Below, piece after piece: positions 11,870 through 26,279 of a stretch of 64,000 bases of DNA (its first letter is position 1; each line of letters starts with the position of its first letter). The notes beneath the pieces were generated by a model. That model was given only the letters and a program-made list of their open reading frames with translations, was not told the DNA's origin and did not search any database. This DNA comes from Narcine bancroftii (Eukaryota), in the NCBI RefSeq assembly GCF_036971445.1, contig NC_091472.1, positions 250,170,001-250,234,000 of the forward strand, written 5' to 3'. The translations under genes were made by a program, and so were the position numbers.

Positions 11870-13880
11870 AGATAGGAGACATAGGAATAGATGGGAGGTG
11901 GTGCCAACAGAAAGCAGAGAAGTTGATGTTAGGGTGGTCACATTCTGGCAGCGCACGAGACCATGGTCAGCAAGGGAATGGGATGGGGAATTGAAATGGG
12001 TAGCCACTGGGTGATCCTTGCTATTGTGGCAGACAGAGCCCAGGTGCTCAATGAAGCAATCTTCCAGTTTGCAGTGAGTCTCTCTGATCTGGAGGAAACC
12101 ACAATGAGAGCACTGGGTGAAGTATTGCCATTGCAGATTCATGGGTTGCTTCATTTGGAAGAACTGTTTGTGATCCCAAGTAATGGTGAGGGAGGAGGCT
12201 TGGGTGCAAGTGCAGCCAGGGTTAGGTGCAAAGTAGGTGATTGGTGGGAAGGTAGGAGTGGACGAAGGAGGCACGGAAGGAGCGGTCCCTGCGGAAAGCT
12301 GAGAGGAAAGGAGAAGGAAAGATGTGCCTGATGATGGGATGACATGGGTGGTGGAAATTGCAGAAGATGATATGTTAATTGCAGAGGCTGGAAGGCTGGT
12401 AGATGAGGACAAGGGGGATCCAGGATCGACAGAGATGGATGAATTGAGAGAAAGGAATGGAATCCTTACAGGGTACAGAGTGTGAGGAGGTGTGGTCGAA
12501 GTAGCTGTGGGAGTTTGTGGGTTTGTAGAAGATAGCTGTTGAGCATTTGTCTCCCAAAATGGAGATTGAGAGAAGGGAGAGTGTTACTAGAGAAGATCCA
12601 AGTGAATTTGAGGTTGAGGTGGGAGTTCATAGCAAAGTGGATAAAGTCAATAACCTCATTGTTAATGCATGAGGCAGCACCAAAGTAGTGTTGATGTCTT
12701 GGAAAAATAATTGAGGAGCTTTGCTTGTGTCAGCTTGTAGCATAGCTTGCTCCATGTAGCCAACAAAAAATTAGGCCTAGCTGGGGCCCATGTGGGTACC
12801 AATGGCTACTTCTTTGGATGAGTACAAAATCTTCCAACTCGAGGGTGATGGTGTAAGTGACTGGTGGGGTCTGCTCTCAAGAGAGGAATAAAGGGCTTTG
12901 AAACCTTTGGTATAGGGGAAATGGTGGTGTTTAGTGCTTGTATATCCATGGTAAAAATGAGGTAGTCGAGTTCAGGGAACTGAAAGTCGTTGAAGTGATG
13001 GAGAGCATATGAAGTATCATGGATGTGGGAGGGACTGGACCATGAGGACAAGACTGGATTGAGGTAGGCAGATTCCATTTCAGTGGGGTAGGAGCACACA
13101 GAAATGATGGGTCTGCTGGGATCATTTGGTTTGCGGATCTTGGGAAGGAGGTAGAACTGGGCAATGCAGTATTGGAAAATAATTAGGATGAAGGCTTTGC
13201 AACAGTGATAACTGGAAGTGACTAGTACAGAGATGGTGCATGAGACGGTGGTTTTGTTAATTTTGGTGGGTTCCTGTTGGAGGGGTAAGTAAGAGGAGGT
13301 TCTGGGAGTTGCATTCTGGCTAGGGCCAGATAGCGGTCAATGAGCCAGAACATATCAGCAGCATATTTGTCTGCAGGATGGATGGTCAGGTGGGATTAGT
13401 GTGGAGAGAGTGGAGGGTATGGCGTTCAGAGGGGTGGGATCGGAATGAGTGAGGGGAGTCGTGAAGTCGAGAAGGTTGATGTTTCGGCAGCAGATGAAAA
13501 TATGGCCAAAGGCTGGCTCGAGGTGTCCAGGAGGAGGAAGGTTTAAAATGGGAGAAGGGGTGTGTAGTGGGGGGGTGGAGAATCCTGATTGTAGGTGGGC
13601 ACCGAGATTAAGCCATCAGAAGAAGAGTTTGACATCGTAGCTTGCACCGAACTCGAGGTGTGGGTGAAGGGGGATGAAGATGAGGCCTCTTCTGAGAACA
13701 AAGCATTCCATTTCTGAAAGCTGGGGGTTGGAGGGGATGGTAAAGAACAGGCAGGTGTTGAGTGGGGGTGGGGAGGGGGTTGAGGGGGAAGAGAATGGGG
13801 GGAATCATGAGGTGGAGGGTAGGAAGGATCCAAGGGGGGGGAGGGTTGGGGAAGTCAGGGGAGAGGGTCCAAAGGGCCAG
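11870..13880 (-). mobile_element. Degenerate Penelope-like retroelement (RT plus GIY-YIG endonuclease)
   Basis: QCSHCGFLQIRETHCKLEDCFIEHL..PVATHFNSPSH (GIY-YIG-like), FTMDIQALNT and FYKPTNSHSY (Penelope RT motifs); frameshifted. Confidence 0.8.
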
Positions 13881-14677
13881 AGTTAGAATAGAAATGCCAA
13901 AATGACTTGATGTTATTAACATACTATTGGAAAGCAAAAGGGCTGTAGCCAATTTTGTGAGTTATTAGATCAATGGTACACCTTGGCCAAGGGTCAAAGT
14001 AAAGGCGTTTCAAAGTTTAAATTAAAAAAAAAAGGTGTGATCAGTAAAGCTAATCTTCAGTTCATTCCCTCACCCTCAAAGTTTTGGTTGCGATGATTTG
14101 ATAAGATCCAGTTAAATGTTTTATCTGATAGTTTGATTGCAAATTAATTCGTATCTTTGGGCCTTTCAAACTGACCAGATTTTAAAATATAAAGCACATT
14201 GAATACCCTGTATTGAAAATGGCACTCTGATCCAGATTGACTGGTATGTAAATAAAAATCCAACATATGACACAAGGTTGGATGGTTTGAAGCATTAATT
14301 AAGTTAATTAGGACAAGTAAGACCATAACTTGAAACTTGTTTATTAACTGTCGGAGAATTGGGGACAGTATAATGGTTGGGGTGATTTTATGATATGTTG
14401 TGTTTTTTTTTAATTCTGAATAACCATTGTAAAGAGAGAGGGTGAAGCTGAAAGTTGATCTTTGTAGTATGCCACCAAATCTTGGAGATGTGATTTGAAA
14501 GCAAAATCTGAAGCTGCTCGAATTCTGGAGGGGAAAAAAAGCAGTCAAGGATTTTGATGAATGATTGTCTACCAGAAATGCTGAATGTTTCTCCTGGTAG
14601 ATTGCCTGATTTGAATATTTCTGTCATTTTCTGTTTTATTGAAGATGTGATGCAAGGCAATGAGAATTTTTTTAGTT

Positions 14678-14910
14678 TAGACATATAGCACAGTAACAGG
14701 CTATCTCAGCCCATGAGTCCATGCTGCCCAATTACACACAATTGACTGACAGCTCCTGGTATGTTTCAAATGGTGGGAGGAAACCGGAGCACCCGGGGAA
14801 AACCCATGCAGACACAGGGAGATCATGCCAACTCCTTACATACAGCATGGGAATTGAACCTCGGTCTCGATTGCTGGAGCTGTAAAAGTGTTGCACTAAC
14901 CATGCCGCCC
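14678..14910 (-). mobile_element. HE1/V-SINE-like tRNA-derived SINE
   Basis: tRNA-like head on - (GGGCGGCATGGTTAGTGCAACAC...) and the V-domain-like core GGAGGAAACCGGAGCACCCGG. Confidence 0.75.
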
Positions 14911-15769
14911 ACAAGTTGATGCATTCTAAAACCCTTCTAGCCATTCTTGAACTTGTAACTGTATTCCACTGGTGGGGGAAAAAAGCAAATAATATCTGAA
15001 CTGCAACTAAATACTGTATTGATCAAATTTTTGGATGTTAAATTATTTGTTTGAGATGTATGGACCAGGAAATTAGGGAGAATTTCTACTATATAATTGC
15101 TTACATTCAAATGAGAGGCCTGAGAAGGCTTCTATTAGCTAAAAGGCAGCTTTTAGCACATTCTTGATGTGCAAGTTTGGATTAATTACTCAAGTTTTGT
15201 GGCTGGACTTCACCCATGTCCTTTTTCCAGGTTGATGTATATATATTTTTTTAAATCCAATCAAATTAATGATAAGATTAAATTGGACTAGTACAGGTAA
15301 TAATGGACATGTTAGGTTAACATGAACAAAGGTGGAATGTGATTGTGAAGCATAAATAATGGCTCAGAACTGCTGAATTGGTAGTTTCTGGGATTATGAC
15401 ATACTCAACTAAAGCAACACTTTGGTTCGAGGAATGTAACAAGTAACTGATCTCCTGAATTAGAAAAAAATACCATGATCAAATGTAAGGTAGGCAAAGT
15501 TCTGGATCTATTTTAGATGAGGAAAAAAATAATGTGGATTTGAACAATAAGAAAATTAGAGAAAACAAAACAAATTTTCATAATGCATGAGTGTTATAAG
15601 CTAAGACATTAAAATTTGGTAAAATTGTAAAAGAGGTGCTGTGGAGAGATGAAATAATTTGATGCATAGTAAGGTTTTTTTTAAGCATTTATACACCTGT
15701 ATATTTAAGTGTTTATTAAATTTCTAAATGTAGTTAAACTTCAGTGCTGGAATCACTGCAGGCAAGACT

Positions 15770-16505
15770 TCAGATTTAATGCCCGAGTACATACATGACA
15801 TCACCTACTATCCAGGCAAGGCAGAATTACGACTTATCAATAAAGTGCACAAGTAGAGTCCTTGAATGAGTCCCTAATTGATTGAGTTTGTCGTTGAGGA
15901 GTCTGATGGTGGAGGGATAGCAACTGTTCCTGAACCTGATGGAGCAAGTCAAGTGGCACCTATACCTCTTTCTTGATGGCAGCAGCAAGAACAGAGCACA
16001 TGCTGGGTGGTGTGGATCCTTGATGATTGCTGCTGCTCTCTGACGGCAGCATTTCCTGTAAATGTTCTCAATGGTGGGAAGGTTTTGCCTGTGATGTCCT
16101 GGGCTGTGTCCACTACTTTTGGAGGGCTTTGCACTTGGGGGTATTGGTGTCCCTGTACCAGACTGTGATGCAGCTGGTCAGCACACTTTTCCACTACACA
16201 TCTGTAGAAATTTGCCAGGATTTCTGGTGTCATACCAAACCTCTGCAAACTCCTGAGGAAATAGAGGCATTGACATGCTTTCTTCATGATGCTATTAGTG
16301 TTGGGTCCAGGAAAGATACTCTGAAGTAGTACTCCCAAGAACTTAAATTTGCTCACCCTCTCCACCTCTGATTTCCCCCAATAATCACTGGATGGTATGG
16401 TCAACAATCAGTCCCTTAGTTTTGGTGACATTAAATACAAGGTTGTTGTTGGTGGTGCACCATTCTGCCAAGTTTACAATCTTCCTCCTGTATGGTGACT
16501 CATCA
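15770..16505 (-). mobile_element. Rex1/Babar LINE 3' fragment
   Basis: VERVSKFKFLGV and KKACQCLYFLRSLQRFG..NFYRCVVE. Confidence 0.8.
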
Positions 16506-17499
16506 GGCAAAGCTTTCATTTTAAGAATATAGTGACGGTGGAATAAACCGTGAGTTCTTGATCATAGGTTATTGAGGTGGGAGGAACCCTGGATACAGTA
16601 CACTAATGCACCTGTGGCATTGGAAAGTTGTTCATTGTTCAAGATGTGGGATAAATTTGGCAATTAGAGAGTAATTAACACATTGAATTTGTGGCTTGGC
16701 CTTTGTCTTTTCTTTGTATGTTAACTTTCAATTAATTGAATGCAGTTACTGGAAGGGTTTTGGGCAGATCTGGCTATTTTTTTTTGGTTTAGGTTTTGTG
16801 CAGGTAACAATAGGAATAATGGTCAGTTGGTCATTCCAGTACACTGAAACTGACTGCAAATTCTAGAGTTTAAGAACCCAAAAAGGTGTTGCTGCTGTTC
16901 TCTGCAACTCCACAGGGTTTGTTGAGCTGAGCATTTATAAAAAAAAAAAAAAAAAAAAAAAATTGAAATGGTTGTTTTGCTGTTTCTCCAATGTGTAATA
17001 ATTAAATCTGTTGGAACATTCAAACTAAAATGTACTTGCTCTTTGCTGTCAAGGCTTGTGAAACTGCTGTAGATTCCCACTTCACGGAACTTGACTGTGA
17101 TCATTGAGATCAGAAGGAAACTACAGGTCAAACGTTGGCAGCATAACCTCCTGCTTCACCACCATGTGAAATAGGAGTGTCAAAAGCTGATGGAACAAAT
17201 TGCCTCTACCTCCTCGGTTTTAAGCTGTCTTGTGCAGCTTCGATCAAAGGCTACAAACTATAAAATCCTGAATCCACTTTGTTCTGTAGGACAGGAAAGG
17301 GAGTGGAATGGAACTGCTCACAAAAAATGTCCAATAAAATGTCTTGCAAGACAAAACATGTCAAGAACATTTTAGTTGGTATATAGCAGTCGAGGATGAA
17401 AGGAAAGGACAAAACAAAGATGCTAAATATCCAGAAGCAGAGAATTGGGAGAAATGACCCATCTATATAGTTCCCTGACAGTGGAAATGCAGAAAATCA

Positions 17500-18010
17500 G
17501 AGGGGTTTTTAATGCGCAAAAGCCGCATTATTCCCTGCTCACTTTACAGAAATAAAAGGTGAATTTACCTTTTATGCAGAGGACAGAAAAGGCAAATCAT
17601 GCGGTCCTTTTATGCAGAGATTTCCCAGCAGGCTTCTGAAGGTGAAGGAGGTGGGGCATGTCGTGCAGTAGCATTGCCCGCCACCCTGACATGGAACATG
17701 CGCGTGGGAAATGAAAACGCCCTATATACAACACTATATACAGCAGGTACAAATGCTAGTGGAAATCTGTTCGAGCAGTCTTAGAACTCAAGCAGACCTT
17801 CTGCGCCTCGTAATCTCCTTTTTTGCAGATGGGTACTTTAAAATTTGTGATGTCGTCAGCCCTCCCCCCCTTAGGAGCCGCTTTTAGCAGCAATCCTTTT
17901 ATACAGCAGGTGGAGTGACTTCACTCCACCTCTGACACTATCGCCCTTGGGGGAGGGAACCTGGATCGTGTTGGACCCACCGATTCACCTTTGGACCTTT
18001 TATGCAGGTA
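17500..18010. mobile_element. Possible MITE with repeated CCTTTTAT(G/A)CAG motifs
   Basis: Four to five copies of CCTTTTATRCAG; boundaries uncertain. Confidence 0.3.
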
Positions 18011-18846
18011 AGTCGAGTGTTTTAAAGGTAGAGGAAATCTGTCTTTACATTTCACTATAAAAGGCCCTATACTGTGTTTTGTGTATCGGAATATACCTGA
18101 AGTATAGGTCAAGACAAATCTGCACCAGTCTGCATAAACCAGTTGGATCACTGAAATTAATTTGGGATAGAAGGGATATTGAAGATAAAAAGCACAAAAA
18201 AACTGAGAATAGTAGTTATGAATTCTAATACTTTTAAATTACATATGAACACTTGGCCAAGGCTGTTTTGACCTTCCCAAACCTAACTCACCCCTTCTTA
18301 GCTCGAACACCAGTGGACCAGCTCTCATCCCTGGTGAAACTCATCAGTAATCTTGCAGCCAAGCTACCATCATTTTGCTTTTCAAGTTCAAGCACTTTTT
18401 CATCCAGATGCTACTTTTCCTCTCCTCTATCTGTTTGATTTCCCCCCCCACCTCCCTGCACCCCCACCAGAACCCTTCTGAGGCATCTTGAGAATAAACT
18501 AGTTGAAGGATTAGAGTTCAAAACTGTCACTAACCATAGAGATTGTTTGTGGGGGGGTGGATAGAGCAATTTTTTTAATATACAGGAATTATGGAAAATT
18601 ATGCAATATTATACAATAGCGTGAAAAGTATTCACTTTTCCAAAGAAAAACTGAGTAAATATTTGATACTGAACTGCCATTTAATAGCTCTCAAATAAGT
18701 TTTGATGGCATCTTCAAGCAGCTGGAGTAGAATTGATGACTCAAGTACCTCAGTATGCTTTGAATAGCACACTTCAGAATTTGTATTGACGTCCTATAAT
18801 TTTGATTTCAGGAAAGTTGTGAATTTTATCCTTTGAAGGTGGAAAG

Positions 18847-19020
18847 ATGAATGTGGGTGTTGCACACAGTGAAGTCAATCCTAACACAAGGGTGATGAAC
18901 AGCCGAGGAATATGGTTGACCTATGCGCTTGGTGTTGGAATGCTTCATATTGTGCTCTTGAGTATCCCCTTCTTCACTGTTCCAGTTGTATGGACTTTAA
19001 CCAACGTCATCCACAACTTG
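18847..19020 (+). CDS. ORMDL1: ORMDL1 coding exon 1
   Basis: [26 protein letters not shown]...VIHNL|GTGAGT; 174 nt; ORMDL1-type residues and adjacency to PMS1. Confidence 0.96.
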
Positions 19021-19743
19021 GTGAGTAACTTGTTTTCATTGTTAAATTTTTTTATGATGATTCTTGAACTTGTTGCCATTAGTTTTGCACTTGGTGTAGG
19101 GCTCACTTTTTAAGACTGAATACAACAGTCTAGATTTTTGTTTACAGCAATACACAGACTCAACTTTGATATCTGCAGACTTTTCTTCTTTCTCCAGATT
19201 TTCATCTACAATCTAATTTCAATATATCCACCTGAATTTAGTTTTAAACTATTGCTTAATTGTAGAGATTTTAAAATATTCTCCAAGATGTCATGCACAA
19301 TTTGGATTCATAAAATTATTATAATAGACCATTTGGTTTGCTCCTAGTGGAGCAAACCTGTCCATTCCTGTCATTGTAGGAGGCCTTAATTTAAGTTCCA
19401 AATTATTTGTATATTTCTTGCTGGGAAAATTGCTAACCTGCACTGAATGTAGTAACAGCATCATCCCCTCAAAACTGGGCAGCAAACTCCAAGACTTAAA
19501 TCACAAAAATCTGAGAGACACTGGTTGAAGTAAAAAGACAAAATGCTGGGGAAGCTCAACAGGTCAAACATTTGTCCTTTATGTAGCAAAGGTTGATCAA
19601 TACCCAACATTTCAGGCTTTAGCCCTTCATCAAGGTGTAAACTTTGATGAATGTCTCAAGCCCAAAACATTGGTTCTGTATCTTTGCCTTTGCCCTCATA
19701 AAGCACACTGACTTGCTGAGCTTCTCCAGCATTTTGTATTTTT

Positions 19744-21030
19744 ACAAACTCCAAGACCTGGGCCTCAATACCCCACTGCATAAATGGATCCTGGATTTCC
19801 TTACCTCCAGACCACAATCAGTGAGGATTAGTCAGAACATTTCCTCCACAATCTCCATCACCACAGGACTGCATACTTAGTCCCCTGCTTCTACTAGCTA
19901 TACACCTATGACTGTGTGGCTTAGTACAACAACACTACTATCTACAAATTTGTTGACTATACCAGGGGAATGGGTTGTATAAAGAAAGGCGATGAGTCAG
20001 CATACAGGAGGGAGATTGAAAACTTGGCTAAATGCTGTACTAACAACAACCTCGCACTCCATGTCACCAAAACCAAGGAGTTGATTGTGAATTTTAGGAA
20101 GGGGAAACCAGAAGAGTATGATCCAGTGATCATTGGAGAATCAGTGGTGGAGAGGGTGAGCAAATAGAAATTCCTGGGAGAGTCACTATGTCAGAGGACC
20201 TTTCCTAGACCCAACATACTAATGTGAAGAAATCATGTCAGCACCTCCTTTTTCTCAGGAATTTATGGAGGTTTGGTATGACATCGGAATGTGTAGTGGC
20301 AAGTGTGCTAATCAGCTGCATCATGGCCTGGTATGGAGGCACCAATATTTCTGAGCGGAAAGCCCATAAAAGGTAGTGGACACAGCCCAGTACATCAAAG
20401 GCAAAATTCTCCCAACCGTCAAGATAACCTATGTGGAATGCAGCTGTCTGAGAGCAGCAGCAGTCAACAGAATCAAAATTAATAGTCATGAAATTCAGTG
20501 TTTTACAGCCACATCATAGGGCAAACATTCATTTTATAACCATCTTACAACATTACTATAAATTAAAAAAAAATAGCTGATCACAAAAAGTAAGGCAGTG
20601 GCTTTGGTTCATTGATTATTCAGGAATCTGATGGAGGTGGGGGAAGCTGTCCTTGTGCCACTGAGTGTTTATCTTTTGGCTCCACTCCACCCAATACGTT
20701 CTCGGTTCTCGCTGTTGCCATCTGGAAAGAGGTATAGGTGCCACAAGACTCTCACCACCACGTTCAGGGACAGATGCTACTCCTCCACCATTAGATTCCT
20801 AAATAACAAACCTAATCAGTGACTTGTTTAAGGACTCTTACTTTGCACACTATCGATTATTGAATATTTATTTTCTATACTGCAGTTTGTTTGCATTTCC
20901 TTGTTTACATCTCTTTTGTATTATCTTTTTGTACTATTGATAAGTATAAATTCTGCCTGGCCTGCAGAAAATTGTCAGGGCTGTATATGATGTCATGAAT
21001 GTACTCTGACAATTAAAATTGAACTTTGAA
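19744..21030 (+). mobile_element. Rex1/Babar LINE fragments in ORMDL1 intron (interrupted ~20465-20690)
   Basis: [41 protein letters not shown] and FSLLPSGKRYR. Confidence 0.8.
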
Positions 21031-21112
21031 CATAAAATCTTTGGTTTCTGGTTGTCTTCTGTTTAAAGGGTTTGTAAATATTACTAATTTGTCTGATATT
21101 TGCTTGTTGCAG

Positions 21113-21264
21113 GGAATGTATGTGTTCTTGCATGCAGTCAAGGGGACACCCTTTGAAACACCTGATCAAGGGAAAGCTAGACTTCTGACACATTGGGAAC
21201 AATTGGATTATGGAGTACAGTTTACATCTTCCAGAAAATTCCTCACCATATCACCAATTATTCT
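21113..21264 (+). CDS. ORMDL1: ORMDL1 coding exon 2
   Basis: CAG|[50 protein letters not shown](L)|GTAAG; 152 nt. Confidence 0.96.
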
Positions 21265-21987
21265 GTAAGAACCTATTTCTTTAAGTGTTCTTGAAACTCT
21301 ACCAGTCTGACTTTTGATTAGCTTTAAACCAACGTTCAGTGTTCTTGATAGGAGTGTGAATTATTGAAACCAATTATTGAAACTATACCTTCTGTTGTGA
21401 AAGCAATGAAAATGAGTGCAAACTTGATTCTTAATTAACCTTTTCAAATTGAGTTGGGGGAGAGCTCAATTACAATTAGCTTTTGGAAAATGAACCCTAT
21501 TTTGTGAAATACCAAAGGGAAAATTAGGACAGCAATGATGCAAATTGATTGATAGTATCCTTGTTCCTGTTAAATGATGGTACAAAGTAACAATGGAAGC
21601 CTATTCTCTGCATTACTTTTTTTTTGACCAGTATGTGTGTGCAAAATAAAGGTAGGATTTGAGCATGGGGACATGTCTTGTAGTTGTTCCTACATTGTTA
21701 GCAAGGAGGGCAAGCTTGATATTCTGATCTAGCGGAGGAGATATTGGGCATGCAATTAAGGTGATATGGATTCCATATTTGAAGGATTCTGTATTGGTGG
21801 ATTGGACTTGTACAATTTCTTCCTCTAAAATCCCTGTAATTTGAATGGTAGTAAGACATGGTGAATAATTCAAACTGCAACCAAAGTTGCATCAGCCCGA
21901 CTACTCCAATTATATATTATTATACCTTGGGCATCATTAGTTTTGATTAATTTCATTTTGAAAGGAGGTTGGAGTATTTTAAAGTTT

Positions 21988-22205
21988 AATTTAGACATGC
22001 AGCATGGTAACAGGCCCTTCTGGCCCATGAGCCTGTGCCACCCAAATACCCTGGTAAATTTTGAAGAGTGGGAGGAAACTGGAGCACCAGGAGGAAACCC
22101 AGGAGACACAGGGAGAACATACAAACTCCTTGCAGACAGCGCTGGATTTGAACCCAGTTCGCTAGTGCTGCAATAGCGTTGCGCTAACCGTTTTGCTAAC
22201 CGTGT
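21988..22205 (-). mobile_element. HE1/V-SINE-like SINE
   Basis: Same core as the 14678-14910 copy; tRNA-like head GGTTAGCGCAACGCTATTGCAGC on -. Confidence 0.75.
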
Positions 22206-22513
22206 TTTTCCTGAAGGAAATTGAAAAATGACAAGGTATTGCAGTATATTTCCATCAATGGCTCACCTCGTGATCCTGGAGCTGGCCAGCTGTACATGGT
22301 CATTAAATTTGTTGATGGATATAACGAAAGACAACAGAACACTCCAAATTTTTTTTTGTGTGTGTGTATAAATCTGAGTATCCTGTTGCAGAATTATTGG
22401 GGTAAATGCACAAATTTTGTATAGCTTTCAAACTTAATTTAAAGCCTAATCTTAAAAAAAAAAAAAATTGCTGCTTTTGTTTGTTTATTCTGCTGTTTTT
22501 GTTCTTGTTGTAG

Positions 22514-22649
22514 GTACTTTCTGGCCAGTTTTTACACCAAGTATGATCCAACACATTTTATTGTCAACACTGTTTCTCTTTTGACAGTGTTGATTCCCAA
22601 GCTGCCTCAATTACATGGAGTTCGGATCCTTGGAATCAATAAGTACTGA
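22514..22649 (+). CDS. ORMDL1: ORMDL1 coding exon 3 (stop TGA 22647-22649)
   Basis: TAG|[45 protein letters not shown]; total 153 aa. Confidence 0.96.
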
Positions 22650-23996
22650 ATTAGAAATTGTCATCCACCTGCTAACTAGCTTGTTACATGTACTGGGAAG
22701 ACTTAAAACTGGTAATCTGCTGTACTGTTATTGAGCAGTCCATATATCTTTCTGCTGTTTTCATTGTTTGTAACCATTTCAAAATGCTATTTATAATCAT
22801 GGTTTTGTAATGGGATAAACTAATGAAATCTGGTCATTTGGAACTGCTATACTTAATCCTGTAAAAAGCTTCCCAGGAAAAATCTGGGCGGGCCCAGCTC
22901 TGACATGGGAAGGAACTTGACAAGGCTAAACAAAGTTGGCCAAGTGTATAAGACAGAAGTTGCATGGAGGTGTTGCAACTTTGGACCCTTGGAGTGCAGT
23001 GTATACTGAGGTACAGAATATTGGGGCACTGCTGTGTATAAAATGAGTGTCAGTTTTTGAATTTTATGATTTTTGTCATTTTGATTGAAGGCATGCTGTT
23101 TCTTTCAAGATTATACAAATGGTACAAGATTGATTTATAAATCGCAAAATTCTTGAAGCTAATGTATGTGATTATAGATTCCTTTTTACCACATTGGTCT
23201 AGTTGGTGAAACATTTGTATGTTTTGAGTAATTTGCCAGTGTTCAGTCAATTGTGTAAAAGCAGTTTTTGTATTCATGTGCTTATGAATGCCAGAATTAC
23301 TAAATAGTATTTCAGGAAAAAACTTGCCATGTTTTGAAGATTTATGTGGTTGTTTTGGTTAATGATCTTTTAAAAAGGTTGATGCCAAAGATTCCCACCT
23401 CTTCTCTACCGCTTATTTACTTTGGTGTTGGCAATGAGATAAAAATGCCAAAGTTCATGTGCTTAGAACTGCCATGGCAATTTCTCAATCTCTTGCATGC
23501 TTTCAGGAAAATATATGAAGCAGGAGCTAATTACCTGTATAAAGAGGATATTAGACCTGTCTCCCAGCTGCAATTGCAGTTCTTGGGGAGCTCAAATGAC
23601 ATGATGTTGGGAACAGGATGTCCATTTACTTTCTCAGCCTAATATTTTCCCTTTTATCTTCATAAACTCTTGCACCTAATTTGAAGAATTGGATAAGTAA
23701 CCCAAATTATTGACTCTAAACATGGGCTGTTGACACATCAAGATCTTACAAGTTCAAGAGATTTCTCAGCAACACAAATGTCAATCGAGGTTAGTTTACC
23801 ATTCTGTATTATAACAGGTGCATACAAAAGAAGACATGAATCTACTGTTTCTTTAAACTTGTGATTTTGTGATAATGGTGAAAAAAAAATATAATTAAAA
23901 AAAAATGTTTGAGGGAATTGCTCTTTCTGTTACTGGTATTTCCAAATGCAAACCATCTACATGTTCTATGCAATATTCTTTGGAATTTGATTCTTC

Positions 23997-24002
23997 AATA
24001 AA
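23997..24002 (+). terminator. Candidate ORMDL1 polyadenylation signal
   Basis: AATAAA after ~1.35 kb of non-repetitive AT-rich 3' UTR, followed by T/GT-rich sequence. Confidence 0.5.
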
Positions 24003-25272
24003 AAGTTTTGAGCTTGCAATATTGTGGCCCATGCTTTTTTAAAAAGTGTAATTAACTTTTAGAAATGCAATGTGGAATTTTGAATGGTTGCCTCTTTGAT
24101 GTGTTGCTGTTTCAGTGTAATATGAAATGTGTATTTTGCTGTAATCAATTTTCATAAATTTATTTTTGAATTTGGCATGATGAGAATTTTATCAGTGTCT
24201 TCAGTTTTTTAATTGCTCAGGGCATGGAGTATAAACAGGAATGTCATGTTGAGGTTACAATAGAATCTGTCTGTTTTTTAATACTCATTCAAGTCCTTGA
24301 GTTTTAAGACATTCAATGATCTCTGTAAAATATATACATGCACTCTTTGGGGATCATGGGATTTGTACATCAAGGCCCATCTATTTCTCTGTACATTTCA
24401 GGGTCTTGCAATTCACTGTGCAGGATCTGTGTTGTACATCTACCCTTATTTAGAAGGATTGAATTCTATCTGCCATTGTTCTTTGATCAATATCATCTTG
24501 TAGCCTGACAACAATCTTCACTGATTTTGCTACCAATTTTCATGCCTTTTGTGAACTTGCTAATAAAATATACCTTGTTCACGTCATTATTAATCACAAT
24601 AGCGGGAAGGGTGTCAACTTTAATCCCTGTCACATACTTGCAGAAAGATTCCACATTCATTTTACTGTCATGTAATACCACCAAAAATGTAATGAACACA
24701 AAATTTCCAAAGTTGCCATTAGTATTGCCTGGCAACCCTAACAGCAGGAGAAAGAGAGTCCTTTCAGAGACGCTGAATCTCCTCCAGTACTGTCGCAACC
24801 TTTGCAGCTGCATGGAACCCTATCCAATCCATTGGCAACCCGAGCTTCAGGTCCAAACCTTTGATGCGATTAGGAAGCTTTCAGCAACCGAGGCATTACA
24901 AGAGCCCTTCTTGCCATCAGCACCCTGTCAAATCCTGGTTCCCATGAGCCAGTCTCCAGTAGCCCCCAGTCTGTGTGGGTCCTTTGACCACAAGCCGCCA
25001 GCAGCCCGCAGTCTCTGGGTCCTTCGACTGCAAGTCACCAACACCGTGCAGCTCGTATGAGTGTGGGTCCTTCAGCTGCTGAGCCCCCTGCAGGTCATTG
25101 TCCTGTAGGGTGCTTCTCAGTGGGGGTGTTATCCCAATTGGTGGTGCCCTGCACCAGTCCGCTGCACCTCCAGAGTTTGCAACCCCTCGAGGCCTGCTGG
25201 CAAGAACAGGTGCTGCTATCTAAGGTACAGACCTCACAATTGCAGAATTTTTAATAAAAAAAAAGTTTAATG

Positions 25273-25635
25273 CAGTGGTTTTCAAACTGCCCCCTAAACT
25301 CACATTATCACCCTAAATAATCCCTATGCTATTGATGCTCTGAGATTAGTAAGGGATTGCTTAAGTTGGATGTGAGTGGGAAGAAAAGGTTTGAAAACCA
25401 CTGTTTTAATCGTACCTAATTGACTCGTTATGTGCAGGGTTTCATAGCTCCAAAGGAAATGGGCCAATTACTATTTTTTTCCAAGTGAAATATTTCAGTA
25501 AAAATTGAGTCTAGAGCAGTGGTTCTTAACCTTCCCTTCCTGCTCATATACCACCTTAAATAATCCCTTACTAATCATAGAGCACTTATGGCATAGGTAG
25601 AAAATTAGTTTGGGGGGTCAGTTTGAAAACCACTG
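25273..25635. mobile_element. hAT-type MITE with 8-bp TSD
   Basis: TIR CAGTGGTTTTCAAACTG...CAGTTTGAAAACCACTG; flanks GTTTAATG / GTTTAAAG (7/8 match). Confidence 0.85.
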
Positions 25636-26279
25636 GTTTAAAGCATGTATTGAACTGCTGGAATTGGGACCAGGCAATAGGACACTGCAGAGCATTGCTG
25701 TGTCTCTGCTCCCTGTTCCTCTAGGTCCGCACTAGCAATGTTATCATTACAGCAGCGCTGCCATTTAAAAAAACCCTCTAGCATAATATTTTAGCTCTTA
25801 TAAAGTCAAATTTGTCCCTGCCTTTGATCCAATTAATGCAAATCCTTGGGATGAGCCTCCCATGTGGAACATTGTCAAAGGCCAAACTGCACTGCCCTCA
25901 TCAGTACTTCCTGTTAACCCCTTAAATAATTAAATTATTTTGACAGGATTTACTTTTCACACCCACCTCCTCAAAGTGATACCCACAGATCAAAATCTAA
26001 TTAATCCCTCAGTAATTTTTCCAATAACTTCCCTTCTATTGATGTTTGATTCACCAGCCTGGAATTACTTAGTTTATCTCTGATGCCCTTGAATGAAGGT
26101 AGGATATTTGTTGTTCTCCAGTCATCTGGCACCTAGGCAATGACTAGCAAAGATTTTAAAAATCTGTCAGGGCTCCACCAATCTTATTTCCTATGCATCT
26201 TGATGTCCATCTCATAATGCTGACATCAGCATGGTTTCCTTCTAGGGTAAATCTTACTTCATTAAAGAATTGTATCGGA

